From Neovahlkampfia damariscottae (Eukaryota), in NCBI GenBank assembly GCA_016618085.1, contig JABLTG010000120.1:1-64000 (forward strand): a stretch of 64,000 nucleotides of DNA. Direction: 5' to 3'. The first letter of the stretch is position 1. Each line of letters begins with the position of its first letter. The notes beneath the pieces are model-generated. The model saw nothing but the letters and a program-made list of their open reading frames with translations. It had not been told where the DNA came from and made no database searches. The translations under genes were made by a program, and so were the position numbers. Shown here in pieces: positions 1-11,407 of this stretch.

Positions 1-1
1 A

Positions 2-3000
2 AGTTCTTCTTTTTTGTTTAACAGTCATACAAATTACAAAATCAAATACGTTGAATTAGGAGAAACTGTAGATTGCACAATAGAAAAATGGAATTTGATT
101 TCATGTCCAATTTCAAAAAATTCAGCAGTTATTGCAAAATACATCACTTTACAACTTTCAAATGATGGTAAAAATTTCGAAACTTTGGACAAAAGGCTTT
201 ATTTGTTTACTCATAATATCAATAGTGAAAAGGCTGTCACAATATCATCTGAAACAATTTCTCCAAGTATTATTTCAAATTCAAATAGAACGGAGATTTC
301 TATTCCAATACATATTCCACTTGGTGTAGAGTTCCCCACAAATTTATGTCTTGTGAGATTCAAAGATCAACTGATAAATGAAATTAAAATCGAAAAAATT
401 GAAAATGGAAAGATTAAATCAGAAGCCCCTCACTTAGGTGAATACAATATAGTTTATCCAAGAACTTTGGAAGTTGATGTCTCTTTTGATGGTGGATCGG
501 AATTTTTTGGACAAATACAATCGATTGAATACACTGGATTTCAAGTATTGGATTTCAATCCGAAAACTTTTTTGTTCAATCAAACGACCATTTTTTCTTT
601 TGTCAATTTCCCAAATTTACATTTAGATGGTAGAAATATGTCAATGCAACTGAGATCAGATTCTGAAATTCTCAAATTCAATTGCAATACAAATATGACT
701 TCTTGTGTTGGATTTTCACATCCAAGTGCTTCAAAATACTCAATTGAATTGGTGGATGATTCAACAACAAGATACTTCATTCCTTTAACAATTGAAGAAA
801 TTACTGTACTTCCCCATCCTGTTGTTCAAATCCCAACAAAAAAGATTTCAAGAAACATGGAAAACATGATGTATTTAACTGGAAATGGTTTCAGTTCATT
901 CAATAATTCAATTAAAATCTACGGAGTTTTTGATGGAAAGAAAGTTGAAATATCAAATATTGAAGTATCAGATGATAGAATTGGTTTTATTTTCTCAAAA
1001 ATCAACAAACCTTCTCTTTTTAATCATAAAAGAAGCTTTGGAAATTCAATTCTAATTTCATTCAATGGAGGATTCAACTACTTTACAATTTCAAATCAAA
1101 TTCAATTGATTGATGATTTTACATTTGATTCAATAACTGTTGTCGAATCTAATTTCTTTGATACAACTTTTTCATTTCAAAATACGACTTTGCAATTGGC
1201 AGGAACAAATTTAGATACTTCAGCAATTGTGAAATTAGAAAGTGATTTCTTTGTTTATTCAAAGAAAATTGAAAATACAAAGACAGACAAAATGGAGTTC
1301 ATGGTTCCAGAATTTAAGTTTTATTCACCAAAAACTATTTCTTTCTCATTTCCTATCACAGCAACACTTAGTATTTCATTAAATGATGGAATTGATTTCA
1401 AAAAAAGGTCAATTACAATTGCTGATAAATTTGCGAATTTGTTTTTAGTTTCAATCGAACCTTCCATTGGAGAAAGAAAAACAATCAATCTCACAATGCA
1501 AGGAGCCAATCTAGATAATACTGTTTGTGAATTTCGGGATTCAAATTCATCATTATACTACTCAATTGAAATAATTCAAGCTGATGAACATGTAATATGT
1601 ACATTCTTTTATGAATCAAAATATGATCAAATCAATGAAATTTATTTGAATTTGAAGAATGGATTTAATGATAGCTCAGAAGCAATGACTTATTTCTTGA
1701 TTAAGAATCCTTCACCTCAAGAGATTATTCCTTCATCTGGAGATGCATCTGGAAATTATTCAGTCATTATTACAGGTATATTTGACACAAGATTTCATGA
1801 GATATTTTTGAAAATTGGAAATGTGTATGTTGGAGAGCCATGTAAAATCATGAGTTCAACAGCAGTCAGTTGTATGGTCATTGCAAATGCAGATGTTTCG
1901 ATTCCTTTTGATTTATCTTACAATAGACTTGATTGGTATTCAACAACTTCAAATTTCACTTTCATTCCTTGCAAACGAGGATTCGGGACTGAGTCCTATC
2001 AAGAAAAATGTGAACCATGTCCTTTGGGTCAATACAAAATAAATGATGGAATTGAAGTTTGTACAAATTGTCCTGTGAACACTTACACAGATAAATTGGC
2101 ATCAACAAATTGTTCTTCTTGTCCAATCAACATGAAATCACCTGGAAGTACAACTGGGCTTTCAAGTGTGAATCAATGCGTTTGTATTAACAATACAATG
2201 ATTCATCCAATAACAGGTGTTTGTATTGATTGTCCACAAGGTGCAATTTGTCATCCAGAAAACGTAACTCTTCCAAAATCACAAAAAGGATGGTGGTTTA
2301 GTAAACAAGATATCACAATATTCTATCAATGTTATCCAGTTGAAAGATGTTTACCGGATACTCCTGATAACTGTACACAAGGTTATGTCGGTTTGAGATG
2401 CGGAAGATGCCAAGATGGATACTATAAATCAAAATTGGTTTGCAAAAAATGTAATGATTCATATATCACAGCTTTAACTTTTGTTGCATTTTTAATAATA
2501 CTTGTGCTTATACTAGTTGTTGCAGGACTTTTTCTTGTTGTAACATCAACTCAATCATCAGAATTAGAATCACTTGATATTGTAGCTGCTTATTGGCAAA
2601 TCATTTCAACATTCAATACTTTAGATATCAATTGGCCAGCAACAGTTGGTATCACTTTATCTGTTGCATCAACATCAAATTTCAATTTTGACTTTTTGGC
2701 ACCAGAATGTCTTTTTAGAGTTATTGGATTGACTTATAATTATTATTTTCTTTATTTCACAAATATTTCATTGCCATTTATATTCATTATTGCAATTATT
2801 GGTTTTTATGTTGTCGCATTGATCAGATCATTTTTTGCATCAATGATAGGTTTTAAAATTGCAAAATGTTTGAAATTAAAATACAAAAGATCCTTTGAAA
2901 GTGATGATGATTCAGATGAAGAACAAATCACCAAAAAGTCAAAAATTGTTCAATTTCTTTTACGTCAATTTCGTTGGTTATTGAATCAATTGTTATTCAT

Positions 3001-3997
3001 TAGAAATCTTATTGTTTGGGGAATAAGACAGAAATCAAGTCAAAAAGATTTAAAAAGACTTTTTAGCAAAGTTATGGGCGCATGTTTATCTTTCATTGTT
3101 TTTTTCTATTTAAGAATCATGACTACTTCATTTGAAATCTTTGGGTGTGATTATCAACCAAATGGAATATACACATTAAAACAAAGTCCTGATATCAATT
3201 GTTTTGAAGGAATTTGGTTTTTGTTCTTACCAATGTCATTGATATCCATTTTGTTATTTGGTATTGGAGCTGTTATATATTTCACAATTTTAATTATCAA
3301 CTACAAGAAATTGGAAAAATCAGAAACATTCATTTTGATTAATGAATTCACATTGAAAAAGTTCAAAAGAAAATACTTCTTTTGGCAACTATTTGATTCT
3401 TTCAGAAAGTTATCCTTTTCAGTGATGACTGTATTTTTCAAACCTATGTTTTTGATCACCATTGGTATTGCAATCATTTTTTCGGGGATGTTACTTCATG
3501 TGAATTTTATACCTTACAAAAAGAAATTTCATAATATGATGCAATATTTTGTGTTGATGTCAACATTGATAACTCTATTTGCTGGTTTATTACTTTTTGT
3601 TGTTGATAATAATGCAAGAGCTGAAGTTGTTATTGACCCAGGATTGAAAACAGTATTAGGTGTTTCATTACCAATATTGACTGTTTTATTGATTATTGGA
3701 TCTAATGTTATCGTTCTTTTGATGTTCATTTATGATATTTATGTTCGAAGAAAAAAAACAAATAAACAGAAAAAGAGAAGAGAATTGAAACATCAAAAGG
3801 AATTGGAAAAAGAAGAAAAAGTATCAAATATAATTGACGAATTACATGGAAGACATATGGAATCAAAAGAATTTGTTCCTTGGGAAACAGAACTTGATTT
3901 TCAGTTTACTGTTAATTTCAATCAACAATCAGAAGAAGATGATGATTCAAAATCAATGAATGAAATTATTTCAAATTTGTTTTCTTTAGAAGAGTAG
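2..3997 (+). CDS. Large membrane receptor-like protein (IPT/TIG-like repeats, Cys-rich ephrin-receptor/TNFR-like repeats, multi-pass TM region); 5'-partial, may extend to 4283
   Basis: Frame is open from the window edge. It has beta-rich repeats (PSSGDASGNYSVIITG), CxxC repeats (CEPCPLGQY, CTNCPVNTY, CIDCPQGAIC) and many hydrophobic helices. Confidence 0.8.
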   Translation, partial: SSSFLFNSHTNYKIKYVELGETVDCTIEKWNLISCPISKNSAVIAKYITLQLSNDGKNFETLDKRLYLFTHNINSEKAVTISSETISPSIISNSNRTEISIPIHIPLGVEFPTNLCLVRFKDQLINEIKIEKIENGKIKSEAPHLGEYNIVYPRTLEVDVSFDGGSEFFGQIQSIEYTGFQVLDFNPKTFLFNQTTIFSFVNFPNLHLDGRNMSMQLRSDSEILKFNCNTNMTSCVGFSHPSASKYSIELVDDSTTRYFIPLTIEEITVLPHPVVQIPTKKISRNMENMMYLTGNGFSSFNNSIKIYGVFDGKKVEISNIEVSDDRIGFIFSKINKPSLFNHKRSFGNSILISFNGGFNYFTISNQIQLIDDFTFDSITVVESNFFDTTFSFQNTTLQLAGTNLDTSAIVKLESDFFVYSKKIENTKTDKMEFMVPEFKFYSPKTISFSFPITATLSISLNDGIDFKKRSITIADKFANLFLVSIEPSIGERKTINLTMQGANLDNTVCEFRDSNSSLYYSIEIIQADEHVICTFFYESKYDQINEIYLNLKNGFNDSSEAMTYFLIKNPSPQEIIPSSGDASGNYSVIITGIFDTRFHEIFLKIGNVYVGEPCKIMSSTAVSCMVIANADVSIPFDLSYNRLDWYSTTSNFTFIPCKRGFGTESYQEKCEPCPLGQYKINDGIEVCTNCPVNTYTDKLASTNCSSCPINMKSPGSTTGLSSVNQCVCINNTMIHPITGVCIDCPQGAICHPENVTLPKSQKGWWFSKQDITIFYQCYPVERCLPDTPDNCTQGYVGLRCGRCQDGYYKSKLVCKKCNDSYITALTFVAFLIILVLILVVAGLFLVVTSTQSSELESLDIVAAYWQIISTFNTLDINWPATVGITLSVASTSNFNFDFLAPECLFRVIGLTYNYYFLYFTNISLPFIFIIAIIGFYVVALIRSFFASMIGFKIAKCLKLKYKRSFESDDDSDEEQITKKSKIVQFLLRQFRWLLNQLLFIRNLIVWGIRQKSSQKDLKRLFSKVMGACLSFIVFFYLRIMTTSFEIFGCDYQPNGIYTLKQSPDINCFEGIWFLFLPMSLISILLFGIGAVIYFTILIINYKKLEKSETFILINEFTLKKFKRKYFFWQLFDSFRKLSFSVMTVFFKPMFLITIGIAIIFSGMLLHVNFIPYKKKFHNMMQYFVLMSTLITLFAGLLLFVVDNNARAEVVIDPGLKTVLGVSLPILTVLLIIGSNVIVLLMFIYDIYVRRKKTNKQKKRRELKHQKELEKEEKVSNIIDELHGRHMESKEFVPWETELDFQFTVNFNQQSEEDDDSKSMNEIISNLFSLEE

Positions 3998-4373
3998 CGA
4001 AAAAAGGAGAATTAATTAGAAAAGCATCTTCGAAATTTCTTGGAAACGAAGATGGAAAAAAGAACAAATCTTTGTTCAAATCATCTAAAATGCAGAAAAC
4101 TCCAAATGGTTTTTATATTCGAAGTGAACAGTTATATTCTTAAATAGTGTTGATCGGTTCAAAGAAAAAAAACGAAGGGATGCAATTAAACTTGAAGAAT
4201 ACAGAAAGATGTCAGTTGAGTTTCCCACAGAAGAAAAATTTGTTTTATTTAACAAGAAGTATCCTACCCAAATAATATTTTAAAATTTCTTTTGGGTATA
4301 ATAATAATACTGGTGAGGAACAACCAATTAAAAGTAAAAGGATTTGGATTCAAAAAAATGATTTTATTTTTTT

Positions 4374-4967
4374 TTAAATATTTGAATATCCATTTTCATT
4401 TGTTTCAGTTGGATTTTGTTGAACATATTGATCAGTTTGTTGATAAGTATCTTGTTGTTGATAACTTTGTTGTGGTTGTTGTTCTTGTGGAATAGTACCT
4501 GAATACATTTGAGGTTGTTGTTGGTATTGTTGTTGTGGTTGTTGATATTGTTGAGTTTGATATTGTTGTGGTTGTTGTTGATAAGGTTGTTGAGGTTGTC
4601 CATTAACCATTGTTGGATTTGAAAATCCAAACGGTTGTGGTGCAGAATCTGATTCTTGAATACATTTGATTGACCAGAAAATACCATAAATCCAAGCAAT
4701 GAGATTGAAAATAAGAACAAATGGAAAAAGTAATCCTGCGATTCCAAAAGTTACAACTGAAAGGAGCGTAAGGACAAGATAAGCACATACAGGAATAACA
4801 ATATTCAAACAAACTGTTATGATTCCAGTGGTAATGGAATCTTGATGTCTTGGGTTTGCTGAAACTCCACATACAATATTTCCTATACCTGGAAAAAAAA
4901 GGTTTAAGATTAATCCAATGATAGCAATGTTTTTTTCGACTCTAGGTACACCTAACCAACTGACCAT
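4374..4967 (-). CDS. SPEC3/Stum-like small membrane protein with Q/Y/P-rich tail
   Basis: LILNLFFPGIGNIVCG and WIYGIFWSI motifs followed by QQPQQYQ repeats. Confidence 0.65.
   Translation of the reverse strand: MVSWLGVPRVEKNIAIIGLILNLFFPGIGNIVCGVSANPRHQDSITTGIITVCLNIVIPVCAYLVLTLLSVVTFGIAGLLFPFVLIFNLIAWIYGIFWSIKCIQESDSAPQPFGFSNPTMVNGQPQQPYQQQPQQYQTQQYQQPQQQYQQQPQMYSGTIPQEQQPQQSYQQQDTYQQTDQYVQQNPTETNENGYSNI
4430..4600 (-). repeat. Coding low-complexity CAA-rich repeat (QQPQQY)n
   Basis: Repeated gttgttg units on the + strand inside the CDS. Confidence 0.8.
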
Positions 4968-5141
4968 TTTTTCTTTTTTTTCAAATTGATTGAAAGGATT
5001 GATTGGTTCATAATTGACCAGTAATAATATCCCTCAGTTTCCAAATTGTTTTTGGAAGAAATAGAAAGTTATAACACCTGAAGTAAACATGCAAAATTAT
5101 TCATTTTTTGTACTTTTGAAATTGTCCAATCAAAATTGTGG

Positions 5142-6472
5142 ATGAAGAAAAAGAGAAAACAGAGCCCATTATTTGAATCTCAACCAACTGAAAAAAAACT
5201 TGATTTAAGTGGTAATGAAGAAATATATTAAACAAAAAGATCATGGTTTGGGTGAATATGTCCAAAAACCATTTCGTAAATTTTGTGAAAGGATGCAAAC
5301 AAACGGACATGTTGAAAGTATTGACTTGGAATGTAAAAACTAAAAAAATTTAAATTGAATTTAAATTAGCAAATGGAATTGGTATGAGACCTACAGTGAA
5401 TTGGTTTTCTGAATTATTAAAAAAAAACAATCATTTGAAGGAGTTGAACCTTGGACGTTTGTTTTTTTCTTTTTTTTTTAAATGTTTTATCAAGGAAATG
5501 GATTCAATACTATTACTTGGAAGATATTAATGGAAGGTTTAACTGAAAATGAATCAATTGAAAAGTTGGATTTTTCTCAAAATGGAATTACAACGAAACA
5601 AACTGAAATTTTCAAAGAATATCTTTCATCAACAAAAACTCTCAGAGTACTTTCTTTATCAAGTAACTTCATTTTTTAACTGATTTAAAGGAAATTACAT
5701 TCAAACAAAAGGATTTTTAATTTTCTCAAAATACAAAATACCAACCCTTGAAGAGCTCTATCTGGATCGTAAAAATGAATTTTATTTTGATTTTATTTTT
5801 AGAAAATGAATTGCAGGATGATGGTTGTTTTCATTTTTCAACTTTATTTGATAATTTACCTTCATTGAAAATTTTGAGTATTTCAGGTGTGAATTTCTCA
5901 GCAAATTTTAATTATTTTTTTAAGGAAATGAAATAGCAGATGCATCATGTAAATATTTACTGGAAAATTTCGATAAAATGAAAAATTTGACTCATCTGGA
6001 TGTATCAAATAATTTGATTGGTGAAACAGGAATTGAATTTTTAAAACAACTCATGAAAAAAAATGAAAATTTGAAAATTAACTTTGAAAATAATACACCT
6101 GATGAAGTTGTTTCCGAAAAAAAAAGAAAATTTGAAGAAGAAAAATCAGAACAATCACCCAAAGTAATTTTAGTGAAAAATAATGAACCAGTTCTCCCAA
6201 AAAATGAAACAGAAAAACCTTCAGTTTCATTTGAAAATTCTAAGGTGTCATTCATGCCAAAAGATCCTGAGAATTGGTTGATCAAAAAAAATGAACCATT
6301 TATTTCATCCAACATTCCCCAATCAAAACCTATTTGGGGTGAAATGAGAAGCGGAAAAAGAAAAAAAATTCAATCTGATAGCGAAGAAGATGAAGATAGT
6401 CTATTTCTATCTAAACCTAAAAATGATGGAAATGATGATTTCTTGTCAAAAGGTTTTTTGAATTTGAAATAA
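5142..6472 (+). CDS. RI-like leucine-rich repeat protein, 6 introns
   Basis: ATG 5142. Removing GT-AG introns 5212-5239, 5333-5369, 5457-5494, 5663-5690, 5769-5802 and 5887-5924 gives continuous LxxLxLxxNxI repeats. Confidence 0.85.
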
Positions 6473-7516
6473 ATTTCCAATTTCTTCGTAGTTTGATTTT
6501 GATTCTGCAATAATTTTTTGGTAATTTGGGAGACATCCAATGATTGAACCACCCATCCATGTCAGTATTTTTCTTTCCTCTTTTGAAAATTCTATGAAAT
6601 TGATTGTGCAATTTGGGAATAATTTTTCAAGCTCCAATGATAATCGTTTTTCTAACCCATCAAAACAACAATTTCCACCTGATAAGACCATATTATTTAA
6701 CATTAATTTTTGGTGTTTTTCATCTATTATTGTCATAATTGAATCTGAAATTATTTGATGAATACCATTTGAATGTAAATCGTTCAAATGAGGTTGAAAT
6801 AGTAATTCTGTTGCCATGAATCTCTCAGATCCAGTAGACACTTTTATTTCGTCAGATAATTCAAATATTTCTTCTGAAAAAATATCACTTTTCAATTCAT
6901 CATTGTTGATTGATATTTCACATAAATTTTCTTTCATCATTTCAACTTGATTTCTGGATTTTCCTGTCAAAGAAATCAAATAATCGGTGATATCACAACC
7001 ACCAAAATTCTCCACAGACAAAGTAGAGTCGATTATATTTCCTGCATGAGATCCTTGACAATAAGAAATTCCATAACCAGAATCCAAAACAAAAGAACTT
7101 TTTGTTCCAGCAGAATATCCAACTAAATTTCCAGAATTTTCAGATAAAAAACCTTTAACATTGAAAGTTTCGAACATTATTTCTTGTACTTTTGAATTTT
7201 GTATTTTCGATGCAATCGGAGATTTTGAAAATATTACTGGACATTCAAAAGAATTTTGGTTCAATTTTTCAAATGAAAGTGATATAAGTGACTCATAGTC
7301 ATTCCAATTATGTATTACACCTCTTTTTATCGGATAATCTACATCCAGAAAGTCTGAATTCATTTGATTCATTTTATTGATGTATTTACTGTTCTGTTTG
7401 TTCTTTAAAAATGAAGGAATAATTGCAAAAGGTTTTTCTTCTCCTGATATACCTATTTTTGAGCTTGAAGATCCAATATCAAATACCAAACAATTGTCTT
7501 CTTCCTCGATGAACAT
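6446..7516 (-). CDS. Divergent actin-related protein
   Basis: LVFDIGSSSSKIG, YPIKRGVIHNWND, EIMFETFNV, LDSGYG, VLSGGN and WMGGSI actin-fold motifs; intronless. Confidence 0.9.
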   Translation of the reverse strand: MFIEEEDNCLVFDIGSSSSKIGISGEEKPFAIIPSFLKNKQNSKYINKMNQMNSDFLDVDYPIKRGVIHNWNDYESLISLSFEKLNQNSFECPVIFSKSPIASKIQNSKVQEIMFETFNVKGFLSENSGNLVGYSAGTKSSFVLDSGYGISYCQGSHAGNIIDSTLSVENFGGCDITDYLISLTGKSRNQVEMMKENLCEISINNDELKSDIFSEEIFELSDEIKVSTGSERFMATELLFQPHLNDLHSNGIHQIISDSIMTIIDEKHQKLMLNNMVLSGGNCCFDGLEKRLSLELEKLFPNCTINFIEFSKEERKILTWMGGSIIGCLPNYQKIIAESKSNYEEIGNLFQIQKTF

Positions 7517-7582
7517 TTTTAAAAAATAAATTGATTGGAGGAAACAAAGAAAAACTGTCTTTACAATTCAAATTTGATTTTA

Positions 7583-8631
7583 TTATTCATTTTTTACTTC
7601 TTGCTTCACTGATGTTTCAGAATATTCCTGTGTTGATTTTTGTGAGTCAATTTTATTTTCTACATTTCCTACTGAAGAATCTGCTTTTTCCTTTTTCACA
7701 GATGTTTCTTCAACTTGTTCTTTTTTCATTTTATTTTCAAGGTAATTCAAGAAATTCAAATTTGGAGCTCCTCTATTTGGTGAAGGTGAAATAATTGAAT
7801 CAAGTGATTCAAGAGACTGCGAATTATAATTTTGAGAATTTAATTCTGAACAACTTTGTGAATTTGATTGTGATAAACTATTTGAATCCTGTGATAGTTG
7901 AGAATTAAAATAAGATAGATAATCTTGTGAAGACAAAAAATCATTTGGAGAAGCAAGTACATTTTGTGAACCATTATGAAAAGGTGATGAATCTAAACTT
8001 GAAATCTTTTTAGGTATTTTAGAACTCTTTTCAATTTTTGTCATTCTTCCTGCAGATTTTGGTGTATTTGGTGTAGTTGGAGTTTTTGGTGAATTTGGTT
8101 CAAGTCTTTTATTTTTTGTTTTTTTATCTTTCATATTTCTTATCACTTCCAAAATTGAATCTTGTGTTAATTCATCATCTATTTGAAATAATTTAAAAAT
8201 ACTTTCAACAAGTTCAAGATGTGTTTTTGAAGATATAAAAGTGTTTGTATCATTCATATCATAATATTGAAATTCATTTGGTTCTTCTATATAAGCGAAA
8301 CAAAGTCCTAAAATTTTTTAATTTTTTAATTTTTTTTTTTACCTGCTCCATGTTTACAAGATGTATCATAAGCAGTTCCTGCTCTTTTTGTTTTTGTTCT
8401 TAAAAAAGGACATGAACAGGTAAATCTACAACTTGTTATACCTAATTCTTTTGTAATGTGAATTTCAACTTTATAACAGCCTAATGTTCCATCTGTTTCT
8501 GCTTTGATAAGAAGTTTATCATTTTTTTTGATAACAGTTGGTGTTTTCCATTGTACAGCTGAGTTATATTCATGATATTTTTGATCTAAATTTTTACAGT
8601 AGTCTGTGGTTATTCCAAAAGGGTTATTCAT
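7583..8631 (-). CDS. SWIM zinc-finger protein with low-complexity C-terminus, 1 intron
   Basis: CSCP...CKH SWIM motif; an intron at about 8308-8342 joins the two ORFs in frame. Confidence 0.75.
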
Positions 8632-9042
8632 TTGAGTTTGGAAAAAAAAAATTGATTGATCAATTCTATTCAAATTTTTTTTCCTTGTAAGAAGTCTAAA
8701 TAAACCTAAAAATGAATTAAAACCAATCTTTTCAATAGTTCCTCTAAGAAAATCGTCTATTTCCTTTCATGGAGATAAATCGATTGGCACAATCTCCACC
8801 GAAATGGGAAAGAGAACAATAAATCTAGTAGATACAATAGATCTACTGAAAATAAAAAAATAACAGATAATTATTGGTTATCTAGGCTTCGGCTAATTAT
8901 CCATCCAATCGGACTTTTTCTGTTCTAAGAATAGCCACATAAAATCAACCTAGGGTATAATGTGAAAATTGATTGTTTTAATGAGAATAAGAGTGTGAAA
9001 ATGAATAAATAAAAAATAAGTATATTTTTTTATTGTAGTACA

Positions 9043-9576
9043 TTACATTTGAGTTTTTCCTTCTGTTCTAAGTCTAAGCTCATATTTCTGAAGAATGAAT
9101 TTAAAAAATAAAATTAGAACTTACTTGAGCATGTGAAATAACCTGGTTTGGGTCTCTTGTTTTTACAAACTCTCTTGAAATACGTGTCCATTTTCTACCA
9201 ATTTCTTTCAAACCTTTGAGAAATGCTTCATGTTCTTCGTCAGACCATAGTCCTTCTTTTTAATTTAGGTTTTTATTGTTTTAAACTTACTGTTGTACAA
9301 ATTTGAGTCACTGTTGTATCGATCTGGAAGAAGTAAGAATGGTGCTGCCTTTGATTCTTTTTGATAGTTTTGTTGGTATATCTTTGGATTGTACATTTCT
9401 TGAACGTTTTGATTCATGTTGAAGCCACTTTGATAGCTACTTGTAGTTTGTTGAGGAACTTCATTTGTTTCCATGTAGAACTGTTGTTGTATGCAATGAA
9501 AAGCAGGAAACTGTGGTCTAAGAAATGGTTCAGGTTCGATTTTGATTTGTGGTTCTATCGGAGTTGGTTTGAGCAT
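9043..9576 (-). CDS. SHAQKY-class single Myb transcription factor, 2 introns
   Basis: Spliced product GLWSDEEHEAFLKGLKEIGRKWTRISREFVKTRDPNQVISHAQKY. Confidence 0.9.
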
Positions 9577-9916
9577 CTTGAGTGATTCGTAGGAGTTTAG
9601 TTACAGTTGATAGATGCTGATGATTGGTTGATTTTATTATTCCTGGAGTCTTCAAATTGAAAACCCAATATAATCGAATAAATTGAAAAAAATATTCAAA
9701 ATTAAACCAAAACTCTTTCAACTAGACTATTTTGAGACCACCAATCACATTAAAATGTCCAAAAAAAGATAAAGTTCAATTGAACATTCCAAAACTGATT
9801 CCAAATGTTGCTTTTTGGAGCAGTAATGTACCAAATTTGGAAGGTCGAATAAACATTTTTGCTCTTGCCATTGTTGGAGGTGGACAAAATTGGTGCTCGA
9901 CCATTAGTAGATTTAT

Positions 9917-11407
9917 TCAATAAGTGTCTTTATTATTTGTCAGAGGATCAAGTCCTTTATATTTTTTTCTATAAGCTCTAAATATTTCCAATGACTTTTT
10001 GGATTCTATTCTTTCTAATGCTATCATTGCAAATTCTCTAACATAACGATTCTTGTCTTTGAGACAATCACCAAGAGCTTCAACAGAAGTTTCACATTTC
10101 AATTTTACCAAAGACAATGCGGATGTGAATCTAACTTGAGCATCAGGTTCATACTTTTCAACTGTTCGTTCACACAATGCTTCAATAACTTCTTTTGTAA
10201 TTTCACCAATACTTCCAAACGCTTCAACAATGTAAATTCTGGCAAAATTTGAAAACTTTTGATCCAAGTTTTGATTCCTAAAAGTTTCATAAGTTTATAT
10301 TTCTTACTTTTTGTGCAATAGTTTCAATAATGCTGGAATAGCTTCTTTTGCAGGTGGCCCAATTTCTGATAACACAAAAGCACTCAAATATTGAACAATA
10401 ACTGAAGAAGAACTTAAACATTCAATCAATCCAGGAACCGCATGCTTCCCTGTTGAAACCAATGCATAAGCTGCATTTAATGCAAATTGAATTTCTTCAT
10501 TTGATAATCTCTTGAAAAGAATTTCAAATTCTTCACTTTGAGCAATTGTATAATTCGCATATTGTCTAATATCTTCTTCTTTTGAGTTAAGTTTTGAATA
10601 TAATTCATCTGTTAAATCAATCTTGTTTAGTTTAACATCAGTACCGCACATCCAATTCCAAATATGTTTTCCAATTGGTTCAAGAGATTTATTCATTTGT
10701 TTAGGCATTTTCCAAGTTAAATCAGTACAATTCCATGTTGGTTTTGTTGGGTATTCTGATCTGGTAAATTGAAATTTGAACATGAATCGATCTTTATTGC
10801 TTGTATTTCCTGTACCACTAAAAAAGTCAAAAAATAAAAAAACTAACCGGTGAATAAGATCATAATGAATTAATAAAATAGTCCCTTGTTCACATGTAAG
10901 AGAAATATCAACTTTTTTGTTTCCTTTTTTATGTTGATTTGGTAATTCTCCACGATACTTTTTTGGGTCAATAGTTGAATATTGAGTTTGTGGTTTAATT
11001 TGAGTAGCTGCCATCTCAACTGTTGTCTTTTGAGGGTAATACATTCCCATGATATTTTTTATTTGATGAGTTCTCACAGGTTTTGTAAAACCAAAGTAAG
11101 TGTCCTTATGCCATTGTTGAAAATTACTTCCTGGACGATTTAAGTGAGGATGACGATGTGGTTGCATGATCCAATTTTTTCCAATTAATGATTCAATCGC
11201 TGAAGCTACAGGTTTATCATTATATACTTTCAAAAGTTCAGGAACTTTTGGATAAATATTGTTTCCCACATTTCCTTCATTTTCATAGAGCTTTAGAGCA
11301 TCTGAGAATAATTTCTGATGGAATTCTTCTGGTAGACTACTTTTTATCACTAAATATCCATCACAAATAAATTGTTGTAGTTGTTGGTCTGTTAAACCTT
11401 CTTCCAT
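9917..11407 (-). CDS. Phytanoyl-CoA dioxygenase (PhyH)-family 2OG-Fe(II) oxygenase fused to HEAT repeats, 2 introns
   Basis: QFICDGYLVI, WHKD (HxD) and distal IHRG after removing intron 10818-10847; HEAT/PBS repeats (AVPGLIECL, AKEAIPALL, VEALGDCLKD). Confidence 0.85.

Noticed and set aside
9732..9923. Short + strand ORF and many other 60-120 aa ORFs antisense to real genes
   Set aside because: No motifs, mostly non-ATG starts; these are shadow ORFs of AT-rich coding sequence.
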